Shown: positions 8,056-17,251, counted from the first letter of the stretch. The stretch is 64,000 nucleotides of DNA from an uncultured Verrucomicrobiae bacterium (GCA_963762565.1 CAVXLD010000009.1:32001-96000), one strand, 5' to 3'. Notes: generated from the sequence alone by a model not told the origin. Numbers and translations are program-made.

Positions 8056-10788
8056 ATGAACTACAAAGAGACTCTCAATCTGCCGAAAACCGATTTCCCG
8101 ATGAAGGCTAATCTCACTACGCGGGAACCGGAGATTTTGGCGAAATGGGAGTCAAACCAGCTCTACCAGAAGATCCAGGATAAAAGCAAAGACGCGCCGC
8201 TATTTGTTCTCCACGATGGGCCGCCGTTCGCAAATGGCGACGTCCATATGGGGACCGCGCTTAACAAAATCCTGAAAGATCTGATCGTGAAGAGCCGGGC
8301 CATGGCCGGGTACCGGGCGCCGTACGTACCGGGGTGGGACTGCCACGGCCTGCCGATCGAATTTAAGGTCGTAAAAGAATCGCAAGGACTTTCCCCTCTT
8401 GAAGTCCGGGAGCGTTCGGAGAAATACGCTCGCAAGTACATCGATATCCAACGCCAACAATTTCGGCGTCTAGGCGTCCTCGGTGATTGGGAACATCCCT
8501 ACCTGACACTCGATCCTGCTTATGAAGCCGAGATCCTCCGAGTATTCGCGCAGATCGTCGAGCGCGGCTTAGTCTATCAAAGCAAAAAGCCGGTTTATTG
8601 GAGCACCGGAGCCCAGACGGCTCTAGCTGAAGCGGAGGTAGAATATAAAGAACGCCGGGACCCGTCGATCTATGTCCAATTTGCGCTGACCAGCGGCCCT
8701 TTTGCCGGAAAAGCATCGGTGGCGATCTGGACAACCACACCTTGGACATTGGCAGCCAACGTCGTGGTGGCGGTGCATCCGAATATTACTTATCTGGTCC
8801 AGAAGTTTGAGCATCCGGAGACTCAAGAGAGCGTTACTCTGCTGTTGGCCCAGGAACTTATAGGTTCGTTTTCACAGAACACGGGATGGAAGGCGGTTGG
8901 AGACCCTTTGACAACGCTGACCGGCAGGCAGTTTGAAGGCTGGAAATATCGGCATCCGTTCCTGGATCGGGAAGGAACGGTTCTGACCGCCGAATTCGTG
9001 ACCTTAGATGCCGGTACCGGATGTGTGCATATCGCTCCCGGGCACGGTGAAGACGACTACCAGCTCGGAGTAAAACATCAGCTACCTGTGTTATCTCCGG
9101 TCGACGATTACGGGCGCTACACGGACGAGGTCGGGGTTGCGGAATGGGTCGGGAAATATGTCTTTGATGCCAACCGCGATGTAATCGAGTTGCTCAAGAC
9201 CCGAAAAGCGCTTTTAGGCGAGCAACACTACGACCACTCCTATCCTCATTGTTGGCGATCGAAAACGCCGGTCGTATTCCGTGCGGTCGAACAGTTTTTT
9301 ATCCGGGTCGACACTATCAAACCGGCTGCGCTGGCCGCCATCGACCAGGTGAAATGGGTGCCAAGCTGGGGACGTAATCGTATCTACGCAACGGTAGAGT
9401 CGAGACCGGATTGGTGTATCTCGAGACAACGGAGCTGGGGTGTACCGTTACCCGTATTCTATCAAGAAGGTAAACCGGTGTTGAATTCTATCTGGATCCG
9501 GCGATTTGCAGATCTTGTGGCCAAGAAAGGCACCAATGTCTGGTATGCTCTCAACAACGAAGAATTGGCTAGGGAACTGGACTTACCTTTTGGATTAACC
9601 CGGCGAAATGACACGCTGGATGTCTGGATCGATTCCGGGGTTAGTCATGAAGCGGTCCTAAAGAGCCGGCCCGATCTTCGCTGGCCAGCTGATGTCTACA
9701 TCGAGGCCACAGACCAACATCGCGGCTGGTTTCAATCTTCACTGATCACCAGCGTCGCTCTTTACGATAAGGCGCCGTATCGAGAGGTTTTGACTCATGC
9801 GTTCGTAGTCGACGTCGATAGCCGGCAAAAGCTATCCAAGTCTCAGCAGGGCGCTTACGCCAAGCCGACGGAAGCGGAATATTTTGTTAAGAAATATGGC
9901 GCTGACCTGGTGCGTCTTTGGGTCGCAAGTGTCAATTTCGCGGATGAAGTGCCTTTTGGTGAAAAGCTGTTTGAACAGCTGACGGATACCTATCGCCGGA
10001 TCCGTAACACACTGCGCATTCTGTTAGGAAACCTTCACGATTTCGATCCCAATGCCGCAGGCAAAATCGAATTAACTTTAGTCGATCGCTGGATGGTTAG
10101 CCGGCTCGAAGAATTGGTCAGGTTATGTCGCGAAGCCTATGAACGTTACGAGTTTCATAAGGTCCACTATCTGGTTAATCAGTTTTGCTCGGTTGAGCTC
10201 AGCAGCCTTTATATCGATATCACGAAGGATCGCATGTATTGCGATGCGCCCAATGGACCGCGGCGGCGAGCGACTCAATCGGTGATGTACCGCGTGTTCG
10301 ACCGGCTTACTCGGTTGCTGGCGCCGATCCTTGTTTTCACCGCAGATGAAGCCTGGAGCTATTTCCACAAAGAAAACTCGATTCACCTCGAACAGTTCCC
10401 CGAGGCGGATTCTGCGCAGATCGATACGGAAGCGGTTCAGGATGTGGAAGCGCTTTTGCGAGCGCGCAATGTGGTATCTCACGCCTTAGAAACCGCGCGG
10501 CAACAGAAGCTCATCGGAAATAATCTCGAGGCGAATGTGCAATTGACTTTGCCCGCCGAAGATCGGGTCCATCGTTTGCATCTGGACGAGGTAGAGGAGT
10601 TTTTGATTCTGAGCCATCTCGATCTGTCGGCAGGAGAAGGTGAACCTGTGGCCACGGCCACCCGGACCGATCGACAACGGTGTGAACGTTGTTGGCGTCA
10701 TCGCGCCATGGTGGGCGCCATCGCCGAACATCCAACCCTCTGTGACCGGTGCGCGGAAGTAGTTGATGAAATAACCGTTCAGAAATGA
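8056..10788 (+). CDS. ileS: Isoleucine--tRNA ligase
   Basis: MNYKETLNLPKTDFPMKA start, HDGPPFANG, GWDCHGLP, WCISRQR, KLSKS and C-terminal CERCW/CDRC zinc finger. The ORF-track extension to 7846 runs through repeats. Confidence 0.97.
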   Translation: MNYKETLNLPKTDFPMKANLTTREPEILAKWESNQLYQKIQDKSKDAPLFVLHDGPPFANGDVHMGTALNKILKDLIVKSRAMAGYRAPYVPGWDCHGLPIEFKVVKESQGLSPLEVRERSEKYARKYIDIQRQQFRRLGVLGDWEHPYLTLDPAYEAEILRVFAQIVERGLVYQSKKPVYWSTGAQTALAEAEVEYKERRDPSIYVQFALTSGPFAGKASVAIWTTTPWTLAANVVVAVHPNITYLVQKFEHPETQESVTLLLAQELIGSFSQNTGWKAVGDPLTTLTGRQFEGWKYRHPFLDREGTVLTAEFVTLDAGTGCVHIAPGHGEDDYQLGVKHQLPVLSPVDDYGRYTDEVGVAEWVGKYVFDANRDVIELLKTRKALLGEQHYDHSYPHCWRSKTPVVFRAVEQFFIRVDTIKPAALAAIDQVKWVPSWGRNRIYATVESRPDWCISRQRSWGVPLPVFYQEGKPVLNSIWIRRFADLVAKKGTNVWYALNNEELARELDLPFGLTRRNDTLDVWIDSGVSHEAVLKSRPDLRWPADVYIEATDQHRGWFQSSLITSVALYDKAPYREVLTHAFVVDVDSRQKLSKSQQGAYAKPTEAEYFVKKYGADLVRLWVASVNFADEVPFGEKLFEQLTDTYRRIRNTLRILLGNLHDFDPNAAGKIELTLVDRWMVSRLEELVRLCREAYERYEFHKVHYLVNQFCSVELSSLYIDITKDRMYCDAPNGPRRRATQSVMYRVFDRLTRLLAPILVFTADEAWSYFHKENSIHLEQFPEADSAQIDTEAVQDVEALLRARNVVSHALETARQQKLIGNNLEANVQLTLPAEDRVHRLHLDEVEEFLILSHLDLSAGEGEPVATATRTDRQRCERCWRHRAMVGAIAEHPTLCDRCAEVVDEITVQK

Positions 10789-11288
10789 AGTTCCTGGTTC
10801 TGGTTACTTTGCCCCTGATCTTGATCGATCAGTTAACCAAGTGGCTTATCCAAACCCATATTCCTTATGGAGGCGTGGTCCCAATTATCCCGGGCTTTTT
10901 CAGCCTGGTTTATGTCAGCAATACCGGAGCCGCGTTCAGTATCTTTCAAGGGAACAACTTTTTCTTTATCGCGTTAGCCTTGGTTGCCTTGCTCGCGGTC
11001 CTGTTTTGGTTAATTCGGGACCAATTTAATCCCAAGAAAGAGCACCGGATGAGCGTGGTGACCAAAATTGCTTGCAGCCTCTTTGCCGCCGGGATCGTTG
11101 GTAACTTGTTAGATCGCGTTTTGAAAGGGTCAGTGGTCGATTTTCTCGATTTCTACATCAAAAGCTACTCCTGGCCTTCTTTTAATGTGGCAGATAGCTG
11201 TATCTGTATTGCCGCCGCGCTCTTGGTTTTGATGTCTTTTCGCAAGCCACAGCCTGGATCGCTAGCTGGATCGTCAAAATCCGGATAG
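10785..11288 (+). CDS. lspA: Lipoprotein signal peptidase II
   Basis: DQLTK, NTGAAFS, GNLLDR and FNVAD motifs; overlaps the ileS stop (classic ileS-lspA order). Confidence 0.96.
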   Translation: MKFLVLVTLPLILIDQLTKWLIQTHIPYGGVVPIIPGFFSLVYVSNTGAAFSIFQGNNFFFIALALVALLAVLFWLIRDQFNPKKEHRMSVVTKIACSLFAAGIVGNLLDRVLKGSVVDFLDFYIKSYSWPSFNVADSCICIAAALLVLMSFRKPQPGSLAGSSKSG

Positions 11289-11291
11289 GCC

Positions 11292-11474
11292 GGGAGGGAT
11301 CGCAGCCTGTCCGACATAGCCTTCCATCGTGGGGTCTTTTCTTCTCAGCTCTGGCGACGTCGGATCCCCGCGATCCGTTTGTTTGCGGAGCCGAGGACGT
11401 TCTATAATGGTGGGCGAAAATACACCCTTTGGTTGAAACACGTCCTCGCGGCGCGCTGGGGACGCGCGCCCTCC
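11292..11474. repeat. REP doublet (REPIN-like), GGAG type, with nested insert
   Basis: GGGAGGGATCGC... at left and ...GCGCGCCCTCCC at right, between convergent genes. Confidence 0.85.
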
Positions 11475-11482
11475 CCAATTGC

Positions 11483-12844
11483 CTACCCCTCCAACGCCTC
11501 TATCTTCGCCGCTGGAATTGACGGCTCTAGCGTCTGCAAAAGCTTCAGCGCCCCTGATCGGTCCTTAATCTCGCCATCCAATTGTGCGGTCTGGACCGCT
11601 TCTAAGATTTCGCCGAACCGGGGGCTTGGTTTGAGTCCAAGCGCGATCAAGTCACGTCCGGTCAGCAACGGCGGCGGAATGATCGGTTCGTTCTCAAACT
11701 CTTTCTGTTTGTTCACCAGCAGATCGTATGTCTGCAAATCTCCGTGGCTCCCAAGGCAGTCGACCCGGTGTAATTCCAACTCTAAAGGAAAATTCTGGCG
11801 TCCCATGAAGCGGCGCAGCTTCGCCGGCCGCATATTCGGCGTGTCCTTGAATACCATGTGATGGCGGATCGCCTCGACCACCGTTTCGATCTCCTCATTC
11901 GAAAAACGAAGCCGGGTCATGATTTCCACGGCCATATCTGCTCCGACCTGGTCATGACCGTTGAATCGAATCCGCTGGTCGACCTCATCAAAACTGTAGG
12001 TAACAGGTTTTCCAATGTCATGCAGAAGGACTGACAGGGCTAGCAACGGGGAAGCATCGGCCGGCAAAAGACTCAGCATCAACCGGGTATGGACATAGAC
12101 ATCTCCTTCCGGATGAAATTGTGGTGGTTGCTCACAACCATGCGTCCGGTTCACCTCCGGTAGGATGTTTTGCAAGAGCCCGCTTTGATCAAGCAGATCG
12201 AGTCCGCGAACCCGATGGGAATCGGCCATGATCTTCACCAACTCATCCCGGATCCGTTCCTGGCTTACGGTTTTAATCTGGTGCGCGTTTTCTGTGACCG
12301 CTTTCCAAGTAGCTGGTTCGATTTCGAAGTCGAGCGCAGCAGCAAAACGGACCGCGCGCAAAAGGCGAAGATGATCCTCAGAAAACCGTTCCTTGGGTTC
12401 TCCGATCGCCCGTATCAGCCGGCGCTCCAGATCCGATCTGCCGCCCACAAAATCAACGACTTGATCTTCGACCGGATCATAGAACATGCCGTTAATCGTA
12501 AAATCACGGCGTCTAGCATCTTCTCCCGGAGAAGAAAAAGTGACTGAGACTGGGCGTCGTCCATCGAGATAGACGCCATCGGAGCGAAAGGTTGCGACTT
12601 CAAACTCGAATCCTTCGTCCAACACCCGAACCACCCCGAATTTGGCTCCGACTGCCACTGTCCGAGCAAACAGCTTTTGTACCTCATCGGGCTTCGCGTC
12701 GGTGGCGATATCGATATCTTTCGGCTGTTTCCGCAGGAGCGCGTCCCGGACACTGCCGCCCGCGAAGTAAGCCAGAAAGCCGCTCTCCCGAAGGCGACGT
12801 ACCAGTTTCGTCGCCGCCCGCGAAAGCGAATCAGACAAAAGCAT
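11483..12844 (-). CDS. cca: CCA tRNA nucleotidyltransferase (class II) with HD domain
   Basis: GGSVRD...DIDIAT, RRDFTIN, EDHLRLLRAVRF, ERIRDE and LLHDIGKP motifs. ATG at 12844. Confidence 0.9.
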   Translation of the reverse strand: MLLSDSLSRAATKLVRRLRESGFLAYFAGGSVRDALLRKQPKDIDIATDAKPDEVQKLFARTVAVGAKFGVVRVLDEGFEFEVATFRSDGVYLDGRRPVSVTFSSPGEDARRRDFTINGMFYDPVEDQVVDFVGGRSDLERRLIRAIGEPKERFSEDHLRLLRAVRFAAALDFEIEPATWKAVTENAHQIKTVSQERIRDELVKIMADSHRVRGLDLLDQSGLLQNILPEVNRTHGCEQPPQFHPEGDVYVHTRLMLSLLPADASPLLALSVLLHDIGKPVTYSFDEVDQRIRFNGHDQVGADMAVEIMTRLRFSNEEIETVVEAIRHHMVFKDTPNMRPAKLRRFMGRQNFPLELELHRVDCLGSHGDLQTYDLLVNKQKEFENEPIIPPPLLTGRDLIALGLKPSPRFGEILEAVQTAQLDGEIKDRSGALKLLQTLEPSIPAAKIEALEG

Positions 12845-13002
12845 CAATCAGGGTCGACAAGTGAGGAACTCTCGTCAAGCACGACCATGTCCGCCTGGGC
12901 TGCTTCTTTGGCCGACGCGGCCGGCAGTTGCAACTCCATATAGGCGTGCAACAAAGCGGTTTCCCGCTGTTCTTCGTTCAAATGAAACGTTTGGCTCTCC
13001 AA
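12844..13002 (-). CDS. Small acidic hypothetical protein (52 aa), translationally coupled to cca
   Basis: TTG start after GGAGG: MESQTFHLNEEQRETALLHAYMELQLPAASAKEAAQADMVVLDESSSLVDPD*. Its TGA overlaps the cca ATG (TGATG). Confidence 0.65.
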   Translation of the reverse strand: MESQTFHLNEEQRETALLHAYMELQLPAASAKEAAQADMVVLDESSSLVDPD

Positions 13003-13050
13003 CTCCTTATCCTCCGTTCTAATTACTCCGCCAGAGCCCTACGGTTTCAG

Positions 13051-13080
13051 AAAAACCCACCGCGAACTCGGCGGTGGGTT
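13051..13080 (-). terminator. Intrinsic terminator (attenuator) in the cca operon leader
   Basis: Minus strand AACCCACCGC-CGAGTTC-GCGGTGGGTT followed by TTT: a 10-bp stem running into a U tract. Confidence 0.8.
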
Positions 13081-13108
13081 AAAAATCTAACGTTCGATTT
13101 TCGTCTCC

Positions 13109-13186
13109 CTACCGCCTGGCCAAGGCAAGCCAGCCAGCACGCATCTTGACGCAAATTTTGGCACGATCGCACCACTGATTAGCCAT
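13109..13186 (-). CDS. Putative attenuator leader peptide (25 aa; or 11 aa from the internal ATG)
   Basis: MANQWCDRAKICVKMRAGWLALARR*. The stop region GGCGGTAGGG is complementary to the terminator 5' arm CCCACCGCC (one bulge). Confidence 0.55.
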   Translation of the reverse strand: MANQWCDRAKICVKMRAGWLALARR

Positions 13187-13304
13187 ATATTTTGTCGGGG
13201 GTGTGGTGAGGTACACGAACATCTCCCGACTAATACGATCCGAAGGCCTTACTCGCAAACAGAAATTCAGGTTACAAAATTGTTACGATTGTGGCGAAGG
13301 CGCA

Positions 13305-13532
13305 CTACTCCAGCACTCCAATACTCCAGTACTCCATCACTCCGCGCGACCGGATTCGAGGACGAGGACGAGAACAAGAACGAAGCGTTCAGCACGCGTT
13401 GTAATCGGGGACAAAAATACGCCCTTCGGATGTGGCACGTCCTCGCGGCGCGCGGGGATCCGACGTCGCCCCGCTCGAAGAAAAAACCGATCGGATGCAT
13501 AAGGCTATGTCGGACAGGCAGCACGCCCTCCC
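13305..13532. repeat. Composite repeat: (ACTCCAnn)n octamers, GAGGAC tract and GGAG-type REP with nested insert
   Basis: Direct inspection; the right part is a reverse-complement copy of 1262-1400. Confidence 0.8.
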
Positions 13533-13696
13533 CGATTTGGACCCTGTGACCCCGCGGGGTTGGAACTGCGTTCAGCCGATGTAATATCAAATATTCGGAT
13601 TGCCCTTCGCAGTAGTACGACGTAGCATCGCGAGGTTGTTCGAACGGCGGCGCAATATTCTCACTGCGAAGTGCAGCGTGGGAACACTTTCTAGCC

Positions 13697-13975
13697 ATGG
13701 AAAACTCTTCAACAGCGAGGTTACAGCAGATGCCAAAACGGACCACCAGTGTCCGTCTTGAGAACCTAGAACGGCTCGAACGAGTGGTTCGAGAATTTGG
13801 ATTTAAGGATCGCAGCCACTTTTTCCAATTGTGTACCGATGCCTTGATACGAGCCCATTCCGAAAGCCAACAACTCGATTGGCCTCCACGTTTCGCGACG
13901 CGTAAAGAGCTGGAGCTGCGAGAAAGAGAGCTACCGCGAATGGATCATCCTGAGCCGGCGCAGCTTCCGCATTGA
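13697..13975 (+). CDS. Small ribbon-helix-helix (CopG-like) DNA-binding protein
   Basis: KRTTSVRL beta-strand followed by LERLERVVREFG and DRSHFFQLCTDALI helices. The start may be ATG 13730. Confidence 0.55.
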   Translation: MENSSTARLQQMPKRTTSVRLENLERLERVVREFGFKDRSHFFQLCTDALIRAHSESQQLDWPPRFATRKELELRERELPRMDHPEPAQLPH

Positions 13976-13990
13976 ATTTCTCGGCGCTGA

Positions 13991-14145
13991 TTTTGAACAG
14001 GAGGCAACAGAGCTAACAGAGGCCTTTCCCTCTGTTCCCTCCGTTTCTTCCTGTTCAAAACATCTTCTTGCGGTCCTAAATCAATTCCGTAGGGACCGAT
14101 TTTTTCGGCGGCTTCGATGGTCTTAACGAGTGACACAAAAACTGT
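13991..14145 (+). repeat. Copy 1 of a ~155-bp duplicated upstream segment (9-mer inverted hairpin plus promoter-like motif)
   Basis: Colinear with 14454-14610: TTTTGAACAGGAGG...GGACCGAT...TTTTCGGCGGC..CGATGGTCTTAAC.AGTGAC. Confidence 0.85.
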
Positions 14146-14284
14146 GCGTTCGCTCCTTCAGCATCTCCAATTCGCCAAGGCGGATGCTTTTCGGACTTGG
14201 CAGTACTCCAACACTCTCCGCGTGCCCGGATTCGAGGACAGCCTGTCCGACGAAGCCCATGGCCTATGTTGTCAACCGCTCGTT

Positions 14285-14407
14285 GGTCAACCTATCACGG
14301 TCGGTAATGGAGCTTCCCGAATGGCGATCGCACCCGACGGTGACTATGCCTACGTTCCGAATGGCACCGACAACACGGTCTCAGTGATCAATATACAACC
14401 CCAATAA
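14285..14407 (+). pseudogene. 3' remnant of a YVTN/YncE-type beta-propeller gene
   Basis: PITVGNGASRMAIAPDGDYAYVPNGTDNTVSVI is a single propeller blade; the sequence upstream is repeat-derived. Confidence 0.6.
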
Positions 14408-14453
14408 GGGGCGGTGTTTTGACGAGTCGTGACGAAAGGACTCGAAAATCATT

Positions 14454-14610
14454 TTTTGAACAGGAGGTAACGGAGATAACAGAGAGGTTCTCCCTCTGTT
14501 TCCTCTGTTCGCACCTGTTTAAGTGCCTTCCCTCGTCTCGGAACTATTTTCGCAAAGGACCGATTATTTTCGGCGGCCCCGATGGTCTTAACAAGTGACG
14601 CACAACCGTG
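14454..14610 (+). promoter_or_regulatory. Copy 2 of the duplicated segment; putative ECF-type promoter of the SDR-sigma operon
   Basis: CCGAT...GGTCT bipartite motif conserved in both copies, ending about 50 bp before the SDR start. Confidence 0.45.
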
Positions 14611-14638
14611 GGTTAACAACCCTCAATAAAGGTCGCAA

Positions 14639-15448
14639 ATGCTTCTAAAAGACAAAATTGCTGTCGTATACGGCGCCGGCGGCGGTGTCGGCAGCGCCAT
14701 CGCTCGGAAATTCGCGCTTGAAGGTGCGCATGTCTATCTGACAGGGCGCAGGCTCGCTCCAATTAAGAACATCGCTGCTGAGATTTTCTCATCAGGAGCT
14801 ATAGCGAAAGCGGCGGAGCTGGATGCGCTGGACGAGAAAGCAATCGAGGCCCACCTGGACTCTGTCGTTGCTGAGACAGACAAAATCGATATCTCGTTCA
14901 ACGCGGTCGGTGTTCCTGCCAGTCTCGTAGCCGAGAAAGGCATGCAGGGTCTTCCGCTGACAGATATTCCGCTCGAAAGCTTTACGGTACCGATCACGAC
15001 TTATACTCGCACCAACTTTCTCACCGCACGCGCAGCGGTACGGCGAATGGTTCAAAGACAGACCCAGGGCGTCATCCTGATGCATACGCCGGAACCTGCG
15101 CGGATGGGTGTCCCGCTACTAGGAGGAATGGCGCCGGCCTGGGCCGCCATGGAAGCTCTCTGCCGAGATTTCTCCGCGGAATTTGCTTCACACGGCATCC
15201 GGGCGGTCTGTCTCAGGACGACCGGGCTACCGGAAACAAAAACCATCGAAATCGTTTTCGGAATCCACGCCAAAGTACTCGGCGTTGATTGGGAACAGGC
15301 CCGAAATTTCATGGAGAGCACAACTCACCCTCGCCGCTCGTCAACCTTAGAAGAACTTACTAATATGGCTGCGTTCTTAGCTTCTGATTTTGCTAAAGGG
15401 ATGACGGGAACGGTAGCCAATCTGACGCTCGGTAAAGCAGCCGACTAA
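14639..15448 (+). CDS. SDR family oxidoreductase (atypical active site)
   Basis: YGAGGGVG Rossmann motif, DISFNAVG and AAFLASD...MTG; no YxxxK at the expected position. Confidence 0.9.
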   Translation: MLLKDKIAVVYGAGGGVGSAIARKFALEGAHVYLTGRRLAPIKNIAAEIFSSGAIAKAAELDALDEKAIEAHLDSVVAETDKIDISFNAVGVPASLVAEKGMQGLPLTDIPLESFTVPITTYTRTNFLTARAAVRRMVQRQTQGVILMHTPEPARMGVPLLGGMAPAWAAMEALCRDFSAEFASHGIRAVCLRTTGLPETKTIEIVFGIHAKVLGVDWEQARNFMESTTHPRRSSTLEELTNMAAFLASDFAKGMTGTVANLTLGKAAD

Positions 15449-15462
15449 ACCTCGCGTTGCCA

Positions 15463-15737
15463 AGTGTCCTGTCCCATAAATAACGTGGCTTTCGCCGTCG
15501 GTCAGTTGGCTGTTTTTCAAGGCGCGAGCGAAGCGCCCATATCTGGTTCATACGGGTCGAGCGAGCAACGCGGAAAAACAGCCAACTGGCCACGGCCCGG
15601 AGGGTTGCGATGAAAATGGGCCGGCGGCTACGTTGCTCGTCGGTTACGTATCAATCTATATATGCGCCCTCCTCGCGTCTTGCCGGCGGCCCATTTTGAT
15701 CGCAACGAAAGCCACGTTATTTATGGGACAGGACACT
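15463..15737. mobile_element. MITE with perfect 32-bp terminal inverted repeats and two internal hairpins
   Basis: AGTGTCCTGTCCCATAAATAACGTGGCTTTCG (15463-15494) is the exact reverse complement of 15706-15737. Confidence 0.85.
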
Positions 15738-15753
15738 AAGTCTGTATGAGTAA

Positions 15754-16842
15754 ATGAGAGCATCCGCCCACAAATCAGGCCTCGCCGAACCAGATTCATC
15801 TTCCCCGCCCCGGGATAAGGAAAGTTTTCAGGTAATCGTTGAATGGCATCGCCGAGAAATCATGCTGCATTGCTACCGGATGGTCGGATCGTTACATGAT
15901 GCCGAAGACCTCACCCAGGAGACATTCCTGCGGGCCTGGCAAAGTATCGACCGCTTCGAAGGGCGTGCCTCCCTCAAAAATTGGCTTTATCGGATCGCAA
16001 CCAGCGTTTGTCTGACTGCGATCTCTAAGAGTGCAAAGGCGCGCCGTGTTTTGCCGGAAGAAATTAATGGGCCGGCTACAAAAATGCCAAGCGGTTCGGC
16101 GACGGATGAGGTTCCGTGGGTCGAGCCGTATCCCGATTCGGCGCTGGAAAATTTAGCGGATACATCGCCAGGACCAGCAGTGCGCTACGAGATGCGCGAA
16201 GCGGTTCGTTTAGCTTTCGTAGTTGCGACCCAGCGTCTTCCCGCACGGCAACGCGCAGTTCTGCTGTTGCGGGACGTGCTGGGGTGGTCGGCCAGTGAAA
16301 CTGCCCAGGCGTTGGAGATAACGCTGGCATCGGCCAATAGCGCCTTGCAACGGGCTCGCCTGACGCTTGGAAAGAATCTTTCCAACGAGGAAATAGCGGA
16401 TCAGTCAACCGGTGATCCCTGCCGGCAGGCAATCGCCGAACGCTATGCAGCCGCCTGGGAAAACGCTGACCTTGACGGTCTCACCGGACTACTAGCGAAG
16501 GACGCGAAACTGAACATGCCGCCACGGATCGAGTGGTACCTGGGGCGGGCCCGCATCCGCGCGTTTTTGGCGTATGCGTTCGACTGGGTCTGGAGTTCAC
16601 ACCGTCAGGGTTCGTTCCGAATGGTACCCACCGCGGCGAACGGACAAGTCGCCTTTGGCACTTATGTCCGTGATCCCGAAGAACCCAAATATCATGCCCA
16701 TGCGCTCCAAGTCTTAACGTTTAAGCAGGAGCAGATCAGTCAGCTGACTTTGTTTGTGGACGCACAGTTCTTTCCAAAGTTCGGATTGCCAATCGAACTG
16801 CAATCCAAAGGAAAATCAAAAGTGTCCAGCTTGTCGGTCTGA
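15754..16842 (+). CDS. ECF sigma factor with C-terminal SnoaL-like extension (SigG-like)
   Basis: HCYRMVGSLHDAEDLTQETFLRAW (region 2), LPARQRAVLLLRDVLGW (region 4), WVEPYPD and MPP motifs. Confidence 0.9.
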   Translation: MRASAHKSGLAEPDSSSPPRDKESFQVIVEWHRREIMLHCYRMVGSLHDAEDLTQETFLRAWQSIDRFEGRASLKNWLYRIATSVCLTAISKSAKARRVLPEEINGPATKMPSGSATDEVPWVEPYPDSALENLADTSPGPAVRYEMREAVRLAFVVATQRLPARQRAVLLLRDVLGWSASETAQALEITLASANSALQRARLTLGKNLSNEEIADQSTGDPCRQAIAERYAAAWENADLDGLTGLLAKDAKLNMPPRIEWYLGRARIRAFLAYAFDWVWSSHRQGSFRMVPTAANGQVAFGTYVRDPEEPKYHAHALQVLTFKQEQISQLTLFVDAQFFPKFGLPIELQSKGKSKVSSLSV

Positions 16843-16861
16843 ATACATCCAGGATTGAGAA

Positions 16862-17251
16862 ATGGAGCCAGCCTGCCGAGCCTCATCTCCTTACCTGCTG
16901 GTGTTCCACGACTGCTTGCAGGGTGACCGGTCAAAAACTTCGCCACGAGAGATCGGGACGGTTCTAGCTAAATGGATTGAATGGCATGATTGTCTCGACG
17001 CGCAGGGCAAGATTCTTTTCCGCGGCGCGATTGGGCCGGAAGCTCGACGAGTCCAAGGCCCGCTCGGGGCCAACAGGTACCGGGTTGAAGCGGACAAACG
17101 TAATCCAATTGTCGGCTACCTATTAGTAGATGCTGTCAATTTCGATGAGGCTACCGAAATCGCCGCTGGCTGCCCTGGGCTAGAATATGACTTCGCCGTC
17201 GAAGTCTGCAAACCGTTCGCTGCGGATGTAACTGAAACACACAGAGGATGA
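16862..17251 (+). CDS. YCII-related (DGPF-like) protein
   Basis: YLLVFH...W..W...GYLLVDA..FDEATEIAAGCP...VEV pattern; adjacent to the ECF sigma gene. Confidence 0.75.
   Translation: MEPACRASSPYLLVFHDCLQGDRSKTSPREIGTVLAKWIEWHDCLDAQGKILFRGAIGPEARRVQGPLGANRYRVEADKRNPIVGYLLVDAVNFDEATEIAAGCPGLEYDFAVEVCKPFAADVTETHRG

Noticed and set aside
13109..13118. ops site (GGCGGTAG) for the RfaH-like protein
   Set aside because: Lacks the nnTG 3' part and is better explained as the leader stop/antiterminator; not excluded.
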